From a virus, in IMG/VR virus record IMGVR_UViG_3300031952_000013, positions 1 through 64,000 of that record: a DNA stretch of 64,000 nucleotides. One strand, 5' to 3'. A program made the position numbers and the translations under genes. The notes beneath the pieces are model-generated. The model saw only the letters and a list, made by a program, of their open reading frames with translations, ran no database searches and was not told the origin of the DNA. Positions 19,088-28,632 of the stretch are shown here, piece after piece. Positions within the stretch are counted from its first letter, which is position 1, and each line of letters begins with the position of its first letter.

Positions 19088-19468
19088 ATGTTTAAAATGA
19101 GTTTGGCTGCTTCAAAAAAACAGACGTTTGAAGAGCTTACTGTAGGTCACACATTTAAGTATGGTCAGAAGGATGCTAGATTGTCTGGCATTGACGAGGA
19201 CCACTTTCATTGTGCGCTTTGCGGTGGGAAGGGTCGGCAGGCACATACTGTTGTACGGGATGACGGTGTTGTGTTGAAGGTTGGAACTACTTGCCTTCAG
19301 AGAATCGGATTATTTCCGCCCGATGAGCCTAAGGTGGTTAAGCCTAAGGCTGCTCCAAAGAAGACTGAGCTGAAGCCGGTTGACCCAGAGCCGGTGGTAG
19401 AGGTTAAGCCAGCATCGGAAGAGCCGTCTATTGATGATTTGTTTGATGATGTTGAAGGTAAGAAGTAG
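19088..19468 (+). CDS. Zn-ribbon-like protein (CALC...VGTTC) with Pro/Lys/acidic tail
   Basis: GGAGG RBS before ATG; CxxC...VGxxC motif. Confidence 0.6.
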   Translation: MFKMSLAASKKQTFEELTVGHTFKYGQKDARLSGIDEDHFHCALCGGKGRQAHTVVRDDGVVLKVGTTCLQRIGLFPPDEPKVVKPKAAPKKTELKPVDPEPVVEVKPASEEPSIDDLFDDVEGKK

Positions 19469-19652
19469 AGCGATGGATGCGCACCATGTTGGGCTGGGTG
19501 TTATTTTGGACGGGGTTATTTCTAGTTGCTCTGGGTAGATTTACCTTTATCACAGGTGACTCGGTTGTGAAGGTGGGTGGAAGAATCTGGGAGATGGGGT
19601 GCGAAAGGTTAGATATGCGCGGTTAAGGTTAATCTCCTTTCTTATTTGCGGT

Positions 19653-19698
19653 AGGGCCGAAAGCTGAGTCAAGACGGTGAGTAGGCCCTTTTTATTTT
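19653..19698 (+). terminator. Hairpin with T tract containing a GAA/AGUA internal loop
   Basis: AGGGCC...GGCCCT followed by TTTTATTTT. Confidence 0.55.
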
Positions 19699-19984
19699 AG
19701 AAGGAGGACACATGTGGGTTTTGATTGGATTGCTTTGTTTCACCTGCTTTGTGGCGGGTTGTGTGGCTGGCGCGTGGCTCTGGGATGAGTTCGATAAGGA
19801 GTAGGATTCCTTTCGCTGTAATTTTACCGGATGGCGAATGGAGGCAGAAGGGAGAGATGGGTTGGTGGGGATTTTACCAAGAGGAAAAACACGGAATTGA
19901 ATGGGAAGGAATTGTAAGAGGATATTTGGAGGCACACCAAAAGGCTCTTGTAGTTTCGTGCGATGTTCATATCTAGGAGGGGCT

Positions 19985-20395
19985 ATGAAAACGCTTTTAG
20001 AGAAGGTCAAGGCTACGTCTGATATGACCGAGAAAGACCTAATGGAGTGGATGCAAGCTGTTCAGATTCTTTTAGCGTGGTATAACGAAGGAGTGGGTTC
20101 TGTTAATCCCTGTCCGTTGTGTGTGGTTGCCTGGGAGCGGGGAGGCGATCAAGCGATGTGTGGGACGTGTTTGTGGTGGATGTTTGAGGGAATGACTTGC
20201 GTGACCTACTACTCTAAGTTGTTTTCGGTTGAGTTGGTTAATATTGGTGCGTTTATTCTACGGGCCAAAGATACAAGGTATGAGCCGTTTGTGGAGGCTA
20301 GGCTGCCCATGCTCAAGGAATGGTACAAAGTGCTTCACACGGCTATGAAAAGGAGAGTTAAAAATGTGGGTTCTGCTACTTTGGAAAAGGTATGA
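19985..20395 (+). CDS. Hypothetical protein (CPLC, CGTC)
   Basis: AGGAGG RBS before ATG. Confidence 0.55.
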   Translation: MKTLLEKVKATSDMTEKDLMEWMQAVQILLAWYNEGVGSVNPCPLCVVAWERGGDQAMCGTCLWWMFEGMTCVTYYSKLFSVELVNIGAFILRAKDTRYEPFVEARLPMLKEWYKVLHTAMKRRVKNVGSATLEKV

Positions 20396-20527
20396 TTTAC
20401 GTGATTTGTTCATCTTGAATGGGGATGACCATAAACCCTTGGTTCTCCCCTCTGTGGAGGATGCAGAGAGTTTTTGTAATCTTTGGCTTGATGCGGGTTA
20501 CAAGTCGAGGGTTGTGAGAGTGTACTG

Positions 20528-20782
20528 ATGGGTAAGAACAAGTTGTATGATGTTCATTGGCATAAAACGGCTCAGAGTCAGGTTTACGCAGAAAATGAGG
20601 AAGAGGCAAGGAAGTTAGCGTTAGCAGGGAAAGACGATGGATTTGCGAGTTCGGAAGACTACGATGATCCATTTGACCCCAATGGAGGCTGGTATATTGC
20701 CCAAATTGAGGAGGTTGAGCAGGGTGACGACGACGAGGATGAAGATGATGAAGAGGAGGATGACGAAGATGACGATGTTTAA
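20528..20782 (+). CDS. Small protein with highly acidic C-terminus
   Basis: DDDEDEDDEEEDDEDDDV tail. Confidence 0.6.
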   Translation: MGKNKLYDVHWHKTAQSQVYAENEEEARKLALAGKDDGFASSEDYDDPFDPNGGWYIAQIEEVEQGDDDEDEDDEEEDDEDDDV

Positions 20783-21156
20783 TAGATGGATTGACGGGGT
20801 TGCTATCTCCAAAAAGGTTGAGCAGAGCAAGTTGACGGCTGATTGTTGGTCTGTGCAGGTTTGGGGGTTGCTGGCATGTGTGGGTTGTGAGTTGGAGAAC
20901 AAGCCGGATTGCGGGGGTAAAGTCATACTGATGAGGATTCGCAAAGGTAGATTTCCTGTAACTGGCATCAAGGGGCGAGTTACGGTTGAAGGGAGGTTGA
21001 TGGAATGAGTTGGGTAGAGAAACATTCAGTAAACTGTATTTATTGTGGCCGGTTGTTTGATGAGAGAGAGGGCATTCCAGGGCCAGAGTACGAAGGGACA
21101 GTTTGCCCAAAGTGTATTAAGGAAGGAAGAAAAACAATTCAGGAGGAGGAATAAAT

Positions 21157-21228
21157 GGGTAGGTAGCTTAATTAGTAAAGCACTCGGCTGTGAACCGACA
21201 GAACAAGGTGCAAATCCTTGCCTACCCT
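21157..21228 (+). tRNA. tRNA-His(GUG), atypical
   Basis: Acceptor stem GGGTAGG/CCTACCC; D arm GCTT/AAGC; anticodon arm TCGG-CTGTGAA-CCGA; T arm CAAGG-TGCAAAT-CCTTG; no encoded CCA. Confidence 0.8.
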
Positions 21229-21262
21229 GGATAGTTATATTTTGATTGAGAAGGAGGAATAA

Positions 21263-21793
21263 ATGGGTAATCGTGCGTTTGTAATTTTTGCTAACAAGGA
21301 TTGGACGAAGTTCTCTCCGGCTGTTTATCTTCACTGGAATGGTGGGCCAGAGAGCGTGTATGCTTTCCTTGAGGAATTGAATCATCGAGAGGTTAGAGCA
21401 GACCAAGAGTATGAGTGTGCTAGATTCGTTCAGATTGCAGGGGAATTCTTTGATTCTAATGGCCACTACACAGGTTTGTCTCTCGGTGTTCAGAGTGTGC
21501 CTGAGGGGGTTGATTTGGAACACCTGACGCAAAAGTTCGACCCCGGCGACAACGGATTGTATGTTGTCTGCCGAGAAGGAAGTCCTAAAGAGGGTATAGT
21601 AGTTAGAAGATTTGGTTATGGTGGTGCAGAAGTCTCAGAAAAGGTAGTTAAAGGGGAGCGGGAGGCTGTTTTGCTGAACGATACATATTATGAGGGGATT
21701 AGAGGGCAATTCAGGGCGGCTGATAGAGGAAGAATCACTGAGTCTGAATGGATGAAGAAACTACATTTTTCTAAGAAAGGAGAGGTAAAATGA
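21263..21793 (+). CDS. Phage hypothetical protein (VYLHWNGGPES motif)
   Basis: AGGAGG RBS; protein-like sequence. Confidence 0.7.
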   Translation: MGNRAFVIFANKDWTKFSPAVYLHWNGGPESVYAFLEELNHREVRADQEYECARFVQIAGEFFDSNGHYTGLSLGVQSVPEGVDLEHLTQKFDPGDNGLYVVCREGSPKEGIVVRRFGYGGAEVSEKVVKGEREAVLLNDTYYEGIRGQFRAADRGRITESEWMKKLHFSKKGEVK

Positions 21794-21921
21794 TTCACTG
21801 GTTATGGCTGATTCCTGCAGCTGTTTTGGGAATGTTTGTTATGGCTCTCTGTTGTTCTTCAGGTAAGAGGAGCGACGCGGAAGATTGGATGAGGAGACAC
21901 GGAAAGTTTTAGGAGGATTAA

Positions 21922-22158
21922 ATGGGAAACGATGTGATTATTATTGAGAAAACAGTTCCTCTGGATGAGTTGGTTCAGATGTCTCCTGATATGGGTGAGC
22001 AGATTCTTGATGCGATTAAGTACCACGTAAACTCGGAGATACTGCCGGAGTATGAATTAACAGAGGATGATGTTGATACAATCTCATCTAGTGTGGTTGT
22101 GATGATTAGTTTGAGAACTACAGTTCCTTGGCCTGGACCTATTGAGAAAAAAGGCTAG
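21922..22158 (+). CDS. Hypothetical protein
   Basis: AGGAGG RBS. Confidence 0.55.
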   Translation: MGNDVIIIEKTVPLDELVQMSPDMGEQILDAIKYHVNSEILPEYELTEDDVDTISSSVVVMISLRTTVPWPGPIEKKG

Positions 22159-22275
22159 AATCCCTTGCCACATATCTGTGTGGTTAAACCTGTGAATATA
22201 TTGAACAGCAGGGCTAGTTTAGGGCGGTGAATAGAAGGGGTTTAAAGACCGCCCCCTTAATAAAGGAGAGAGAAG

Positions 22276-22566
22276 ATGGGTATGTATGACATTTATGGTG
22301 AAGAGGGGGCTCAGCTTAAAGTTGGGCCTTGTGATCTAAAGCATTATCTGATAGGTGAGGTTGTTTCTATTGAGGATGGAGTGTATGTTGCTCCCTATGA
22401 AGGTATTGTTGTGGTGTACAAGGGTATACTGGTAGCTGTGGTTAAAAAGATGTGGTCTAAGTGGGGACATGTTATTGACTGGACTGCGATTGTAGAGGAG
22501 ATGAACCCTTTGATGGAGTATATAAAACAGTTTAAGGTTAAGGAGTCTGAGGATGAAGATGTCTGA
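22276..22566 (+). CDS. Hypothetical protein
   Basis: AAGGAG RBS. Confidence 0.55.
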   Translation: MGMYDIYGEEGAQLKVGPCDLKHYLIGEVVSIEDGVYVAPYEGIVVVYKGILVAVVKKMWSKWGHVIDWTAIVEEMNPLMEYIKQFKVKESEDEDV

Positions 22567-22771
22567 GAAGGTTGAATTAAGCCGAGAACAGTTTATTAAG
22601 AATCAGGAGGCTTACTGTAAGGAGAAAGGTTATCCATTCTTCATGCCTTATAATGGGATGTGCTGGGCGTGTGGGCGTGATGTGGTTAAGTCATTGATTG
22701 AGCGTGGATTGAGAGGCAAAGAAGACTTAGTGACTGGTTGCCCTCTTTGTCATCGGTCGTATTGTGATTAA
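22553..22771 (+). CDS. Small Zn-finger protein, paralog of 36385..36582
   Basis: YPFFMP.NG.C..CGRD...LVTGCPLC..SYC shared with 36385..36582. Confidence 0.75.
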   Translation: MKMSEKVELSREQFIKNQEAYCKEKGYPFFMPYNGMCWACGRDVVKSLIERGLRGKEDLVTGCPLCHRSYCD

Positions 22772-23059
22772 GATGATTTTATTGTTTCGTCCTGGTTGGT
22801 TGGTTTGGTTAGATTTCGTGTTTCCTTGGATTCATGTTCGCAGAGGAAAGCGAGTTAAGGAGGTTTAATGTGATTACTTTTTACAGGGATGATTTTAGGC
22901 TCATGTCTGACGGCTCGTCTGGGTTTGATATGCTCTTGACAGCGTTAGGTTATGATTATAAGAAGACGAAGAAAGTGGATTGTGTTCAGTTGCATAATCC
23001 TAAGGAGGGAGGCTGGTGTCTTTGGGATGTAAATGATCGTCCAATAGAGAGAGGCTGAG

Positions 23060-23936
23060 ATGAAATTACCAGGTAAGTGTCCTAGGTGCGGTGAGAAAAC
23101 ACTAAACTACGGCAGTTTCGATGTTGAAGGTGACGCTTGTTATTTTAAATGTGATTGTAATGACTGTGGGTTTGTAGGTAAAGAGTGGTATCATTTACAG
23201 TTCATAGAGTTTACAGACAGTTCGACAGGTGACACTATGGAAGATGAAGAAAGGAGGTTAATTAAAGATGAAAGCACTAATGATAAATCTTCAGGATGAA
23301 ATCTTACGTCCTACAGGTAGGGTAATGTTCTGTAGGATTTGTGGAGCAAAGTATTCGGCTCATGCTGGAGATTACTTTATGGCAGGTTCGGAGCATAAGT
23401 TTACTTGTTGTGGGCAGACTATGGACATTGGAATTCCTTTTTCAGGGATTCATTCTATTAAGTAAGGAGGCTAAACATGGATAGCTTAGGTAGTTGTAGG
23501 CACAATAAGTTTACGGTACTCAATTGTAGGGATGCGTATGGTCCCTATATGTTGGCTGTCTGTTCTGCCTGTAATAGGCCATTGTCTATGACATGGAATC
23601 TACTGCATCCTGTGGTAGGTAGAGTAAAACTAAGTCTAGGAGGTAACTATGGAAAACGTAATCAAGTTTGATTCTATGGTTGCTCATAAGCCCCACAAGA
23701 AAGTGAAGGTTGAGCAGTCTATAGGTTATTTTGAGTGTAGAATTCGGATGTCGTTAAGCCCTAAGGATATCTTCTTGTTGGCTGTTTATGTTAGAGATGG
23801 AGAGGGCGGGTCTCAAGAGTATAGGGATGCCCTTCTAAACAGACTGGTAGATATGTGGGTTAGGCGTGGACTGTCTAGGTACTACGCACCTTCTACTGCT
23901 ATCGAGGCTGTATTAAAGCAGCGTAACTTAGGCTAG
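23060..23936 (+). CDS. Run of four small hypothetical/Zn-ribbon ORFs (23060-23299, 23268-23465, 23477-23671, 23649-23936)
   Basis: Overlapping ORFs with RBSs; CxxC motifs in the first three. Confidence 0.55.
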
Positions 23937-24399
23937 CTTATTCTGTCACTTAAAAGGCTAAATGAGGTTAGTTACCCGTTTATTTTTTAGGGAATGGCAC
24001 GTATATGGTTTTGAAGGACCACTGGCACCAATTCTATTTTGGTGGAGATAGGTGTCTTATTGCAGGTAAGTTTATTCTATAGGATGTGTGGTGAGGTATT
24101 CTACGAAGGTTAAGAGGTAGTGGGTTCACGCAATAAAAGGAATGAGAATCATTCTCAATTAGGTTGATTTTCCAGGGGTAGATTGAGGCTACGAGAGAGG
24201 AGAAATAGGTGACAAAGCCCAGGGTAGTGTGGGATGGTTTCACTATATTTTGGGTAGGTGTATTCATGGCATTTATTATATCCTTAGTGGTTGTACTGTG
24301 GGTATTAGCGACTGCCTGGACAGGTATATGGCGCGAAAGTAAGGCTATGTGGCGTGGAGCGAACTCAGGGAGGAGGGGCCGTCGGGGGTGAGGTTGTGG

Positions 24400-24870
24400 G
24401 GTTGTGTGGATAGGTTGACATAGGTTAGGTTGGTGGGTTGAACTGTCCTCAAAATAGGCCATTGAATTCTACGGACATTTGAGTGTGGTAGGTTAGGTTA
24501 TAAGTTCCGGTCTGTAGGGGGGTTGGATAGGTAGGGTTGGTCAGGTAGGTTAGGTTATAAGTGTGGGTCTGTGGGTGGGTTGGTAGGATGGGTAGGGGTA
24601 GGTTGGTTTGGTTGGGTTGGTAGGTTAGGTTATAGGTTCCGGTCTGGGAGGGGGATGGTAGGACGGGCAGGGCAGGTTGGTTAAGGTTAGGATGGAATAG
24701 GATGGGCTGGTTGGTTAGGTTGGCGGGCTTGAGGTGTGATAGTTTTATTTTTAGTTGGAATTCTATTTTGGTTGGGTCGGTTTGTTCGTGGGCCTAGGAC
24801 GGGATTGGTCTAGGGGAAATTGGCTAGGTTGGAACCGGAAAGACGCTTGCGATAGGGTAGGGGAGGGGGC
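24400..24870. repeat. G/T-rich repeat tract II
   Basis: GGTAGGTTAGGTTATA(A/G)GT(TCC/GTG)GGTCTG at 24487, 24544 and 24619, embedded in GGTTR/GGTAG pentamers. Confidence 0.85.
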
Positions 24871-25126
24871 GGCTATGTAAAGTTAGTTTACTTAGTTGAC
24901 ATAATATAGAATAAGATGTTTTGGTATAGTTTTGTGCCAAAGTAGAATATAGGTAGAATATATTAAAATATAGGCATAGAATATTTTGTTTGGCATAAAA
25001 ATAGCCCCTTGTGTGGAATAAGGGGCAGTATATACTGAGGGTACAATACAATATAGTATTACAGTATGATTCGCTGAAAGTCCGAGAGTAAGCTCAAAGA
25101 GGAATTGATGATTGATTAACTTTGTT

Positions 25127-25621
25127 GAGTGAGGATATATGCGCAAATAAGATAGGAGCGTATATCTAACATGTTGAATCCCATGAAAAAGGCCGGTTCC
25201 TTTGCGGAGTTTTTATACGATGTAAAAGCTCTCGGCAAGATTGTGCTCGTCGAAGCGTTCAAACATACCTTTATCGCCGATGTAACGGGGCAAGAAGGGG
25301 AGCGAGGATATATTGTCAAGGGAAAAGAGAAAACATGGACGGTAGGCGCGGATTGCTTGACTAAAGCTAGTGTCCTCGACGGTCTCCCTATTGAAGGGGT
25401 GAACGGAAAGGTTAAAGTCAGTGTCAAGGGAAAGGATACTGTCACCATGAGTGAGGAGGCCTTTGAACGTCACCCGCTCTTTGGGGCGATAGTCTCAGCC
25501 CATGCGAGACAGCGAGAGTATAAAAAGACAAAAGAGAGTGAGTAGTTCTACTCTCTGGAGTGATACGGCTATATAGTGTGCTCGCCGTAGAGTAGCACAC
25601 AAACAGCATATATCCTCACTC
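25127..25621. repeat. 16-bp perfect inverted repeat pair enclosing one ORF
   Basis: GAGTGAGGATATATGC at 25127-25142 and GCATATATCCTCACTC at 25606-25621. Confidence 0.9.
25171..25545 (+). CDS. Hypothetical protein inside the inverted repeats
   Basis: AGGAG RBS; VGADC motif. Confidence 0.7.
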   Translation: MLNPMKKAGSFAEFLYDVKALGKIVLVEAFKHTFIADVTGQEGERGYIVKGKEKTWTVGADCLTKASVLDGLPIEGVNGKVKVSVKGKDTVTMSEEAFERHPLFGAIVSAHARQREYKKTKESE

Positions 25622-25630
25622 TCTTTTTAT

Positions 25631-25685
25631 AACATGCTGATATAGAATAGAGTGTGGTTCTATCCTATATTAGCATGTTTTCTTT
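25631..25685 (+). terminator. Long imperfect hairpin followed by T tract
   Basis: AACATGCTGATATAG-AATAG...CTATC-CTATATTAGCATGTT then TTCTTTT. Confidence 0.55.
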
Positions 25686-25707
25686 TATCTCTATATACTA
25701 CTATTTA

Positions 25708-25833
25708 TATAGGATATATAGAATAGATATACTCTATAGAATACATATACACTATAGAATTGATAGAGTATATAGGATTTATAAAATATATAGACTATAT
25801 ACGATGTATAGAGTGAATAAAACCGATAGGCAA
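25708..25833. repeat. Tandem array of about 14 degenerate AT-rich 9-mers
   Basis: TATAGGATA TATAGAATA GATATACTC TATAGAATA CATATACAC TATAGAATT GATAGAGTA ...; ATA at positions 2-4 of every unit. Confidence 0.8.
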
Positions 25834-26139
25834 ATCAAGATTTTTATTGGTTGTTCGGATATATTATTTATAGATACCCTATATGAGTGGACACACAAAA
25901 TTGTGGTTTTTAGCACTTCTCGGAAATAAATTTGGGTCCCATCTGGGGTAGCTGTGTATGTTCAGGTCTACAGGTATAAAAACGGGTAACTATCCTCTTT
26001 ATCTCGGTATATGTAGTGAATTAAATGTTAAAAACTATTCTACAGGGGATAACATAAATGGAATTCATCCTCATGTTTATTGTTCTGGGTATTCTAGGAG
26101 GGTGGTCTGGGTTCTTCAGAGGGTTAAGAGGAAGGAAAG

Positions 26140-26576
26140 ATGAAATTTAAGGTTTATGGTTGGATTGGAATTAACCGTGATATTCACCCCGCTAAAGGGG
26201 AACGATTTGAGGATTATCGCCTTTCATTGATTCCAGGCGTTGATTTTTCTTTAGAAAAGGACCAATGGTCACCAAACAAAGACGATCCGAATGGATTTAA
26301 AGGTGCTTGGTTTACGATTTGTTTTTCCTGGTTGATTTTTGGTTTCACCCTTGATTTTCGATTTGGGGATCACGCCAAGGAAAACGCATGATCGAGGAGA
26401 GAGGTGGTTACAAAATCGAAGCTCTTAAAGATGCTATAAGAGAGTTGGTCGGTGCTCTTCATCAAAAAACTATGGGGGCTTATGGAGTTGACTACTACGA
26501 AGGTCAGTATGAAGAAGAGATTGATGGTCTAGCAAGAGTTATTTTAAGTATAATGGAGAGAGGTAGAGGAGAATAA
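26140..26576 (+). CDS. Two small hypothetical ORFs (26140-26391, 26388-26576)
   Basis: Coupled by an ATGA overlap. Confidence 0.5.
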
Positions 26577-27119
26577 ATGACTTTCCGTGATGAGGTGGGG
26601 TTTATTGAATCTGGTTCCTCAGTATAGGTGGTTGAAGAATGTGGTAGAATCCTGGCGGGACGTTGAAACTGGGGATTATATGTTTAAGGTAATGGAAGAC
26701 AATCTTAGGAGGAACGAATGAATACTTTAGGTATTGTTCTTGGTATTTTAGTCATCGGATGCTTTATTTACTTTTTCGGTCGGTTGCTCTATCAGAAGTA
26801 TTCCAAAAAGTAGCCTAAGGCGTTATGAGGGTCTGGGGTGAGAGGGGTTTACAGCCCTTCTAAGGCCTGCCTGATTAACATAACGATAAGAAGCGTGGAA
26901 TGGGGCCGATGACGTTCCAGAGAGTGACGCAAGGGTATGGAATCGAGGCCCCCCTTAGGATTAGAGGAAGGAAAGTGAAAAAGTGGACGTCTAAACAGAG
27001 GGCGAGATTGGCGAAGCGAAGGTCTGCTTACGAAGACGCATTGGGTAACCGGATGCTTTCTGAGAAAATTCAGAAGTCGCTGCATAAGCCAGGAAGTCAA
27101 AAGAGGTAGGGGGAGCGGG

Positions 27120-27443
27120 ATGAAAAAGGAACAGCGGTTTTATTTTCCTAAGGACGCTTGGGGTCTTACAGTAGTTAAGGCGGAGAATGGTTTTGTTGTT
27201 TGGGCTTTTCCTGGTTCCGAGGTTTTAGCTCTTGAGAATGACAAGGAGAGTGAGAGGGAATGTGACGACGTGGATGCTGCTAAAAAACTCTTGTGGTATA
27301 TTCTGGAGTATTTCAATATAAATCCCTCTAGGTATGTTAGGCGGAGGTTAGGAGTTATAGAAAAAGTAGGGGAGAAATACACGCTCGCAAAAGATGAGAA
27401 GTTTGAAACGGAAAAGATTTTGCGGGCTGTAAAAGAAAGGTGA
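27120..27443 (+). CDS. Hypothetical protein
   Basis: G-rich RBS; protein-like sequence. Confidence 0.55.
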   Translation: MKKEQRFYFPKDAWGLTVVKAENGFVVWAFPGSEVLALENDKESERECDDVDAAKKLLWYILEYFNINPSRYVRRRLGVIEKVGEKYTLAKDEKFETEKILRAVKER

Positions 27444-27473
27444 GAGGAAGAAACTTGATGGATAAAAAACAGA

Positions 27474-27716
27474 GTGAAGAAACTTCTCCAAGCAATCCTG
27501 TATCTGGTCACAGGGGCAGTCTTAGACCTCGCGGTAACAAGATGGTACATTTTGATTTCTGCCCGACAAAGTTTATTGGCGGCGTTGCTCGGAGGGGTAT
27601 ATACATTGGTGACGATATTCGTGTATAGTAGGATAGTGGTCAAATGGGACTGGGTATTGGCAGGGGCGTTCTCAGTAGGTACAGGAGTGGGAGTATATTT
27701 GGCGTTTCTATTTTAG
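27474..27716 (+). CDS. Small three-TM membrane protein
   Basis: Three hydrophobic helices. Confidence 0.55.
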   Translation: MKKLLQAILYLVTGAVLDLAVTRWYILISARQSLLAALLGGVYTLVTIFVYSRIVVKWDWVLAGAFSVGTGVGVYLAFLF

Positions 27717-27725
27717 GAGGTTTTT

Positions 27726-28046
27726 ATGCCTATTACCAAAACTAAACAGATTACGTTGACGGTGCTTGTGGAGGAAGGAGATTTCAATATTGTTTGTACG
27801 GACACCTTACAGGTGAAGGCAGGGAGTAATGTTGGATTCAGCCTTGACGTTACGCCGCTTTTGGGGTTCAATAAGCCGGTTACGTTTTCTCTTAGTGGTC
27901 TTCCTGCGGGAGCGGTTATGACGTGGAACGCTAAGGGGAACGTGTGGCAGCCTGGATTGGGCAGTCTTCAGTGTGATATAGCGATTCCTCTGAATAATGG
28001 TCTGGTTGGGACTTACACACTGGTTCTTACTGGTGTTTCTGCTTAA
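27726..28046 (+). CDS. Ig-like beta-sandwich protein
   Basis: GDF...VTP..GF..PVTFSLSGLPAG...GTYTLVLTG pattern. Confidence 0.6.
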   Translation: MPITKTKQITLTVLVEEGDFNIVCTDTLQVKAGSNVGFSLDVTPLLGFNKPVTFSLSGLPAGAVMTWNAKGNVWQPGLGSLQCDIAIPLNNGLVGTYTLVLTGVSA

Positions 28047-28134
28047 TGATTCAGAAGAGGCATCTGGTTAGGTTGACGGTGAAAAAGAAAGGTAGAAACA
28101 TCTTTGTGGTTATCTGGAACTTTTTGAGGGGTGT

Positions 28135-28404
28135 ATGGGAAAAGATATTTTGAGTGGGTTGGAGGAGAAGAGCAGAGTCTCATTGGGTCTGACTAAGGCT
28201 GAGGCAGGCGTGTTTAGGTTGGTTGGTGCAGGTATGTCGAATGACGCGATTGCCGCAAAGTTATTTGTCAGCCTTGGCACTGTGCGTACTCATCTGAAAA
28301 GTATCTACAAACTGATTGGTTCTTCGGATAGGTATTCGATTGTATCTATCTGGTTCACTTTCCTGGCTGACCAGGGTAAAATAGATGGAGGAGAGAATGG
28401 ATAA
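28135..28404 (+). CDS. LuxR-type HTH regulator
   Basis: LTKAE..VF.LV..GMSN.AIA.KLFVS.GTV.THL..IY. Confidence 0.85.
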   Translation: MGKDILSGLEEKSRVSLGLTKAEAGVFRLVGAGMSNDAIAAKLFVSLGTVRTHLKSIYKLIGSSDRYSIVSIWFTFLADQGKIDGGENG

Positions 28405-28632
28405 CTTAAAAAGAATTTGCCGCAAGTGTAACAGCAACTTTCTACTCTGGCTGTTTGGGTGTAAGCAATACACAAAAGAGAGAAAAGTTTGTCTGGAGAG
28501 TGGCCGGTTTGCAAGAAGCACCTGTCCTAATGTGATGTTGGTTAGTCTTCGTATATCGCAACTTCCTTCTGGTTATTGTAACATGAAACACGGGATGGTG
28601 CGGAATGAAGAACCGGCTGGAGAGACGAAAAA

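Noticed and set aside
24487-24650. Mini-CRISPR array from the three 28-bp repeats
   Set aside because: The intervening sequences are low-complexity and resemble each other, spacing is unequal (57 and 75 bp), and there is no cas operon
25654-25929. 91-aa YRI-repeat ORF
   Set aside because: It is the translation of the 9-bp DNA array, starts within a hairpin and has no RBS
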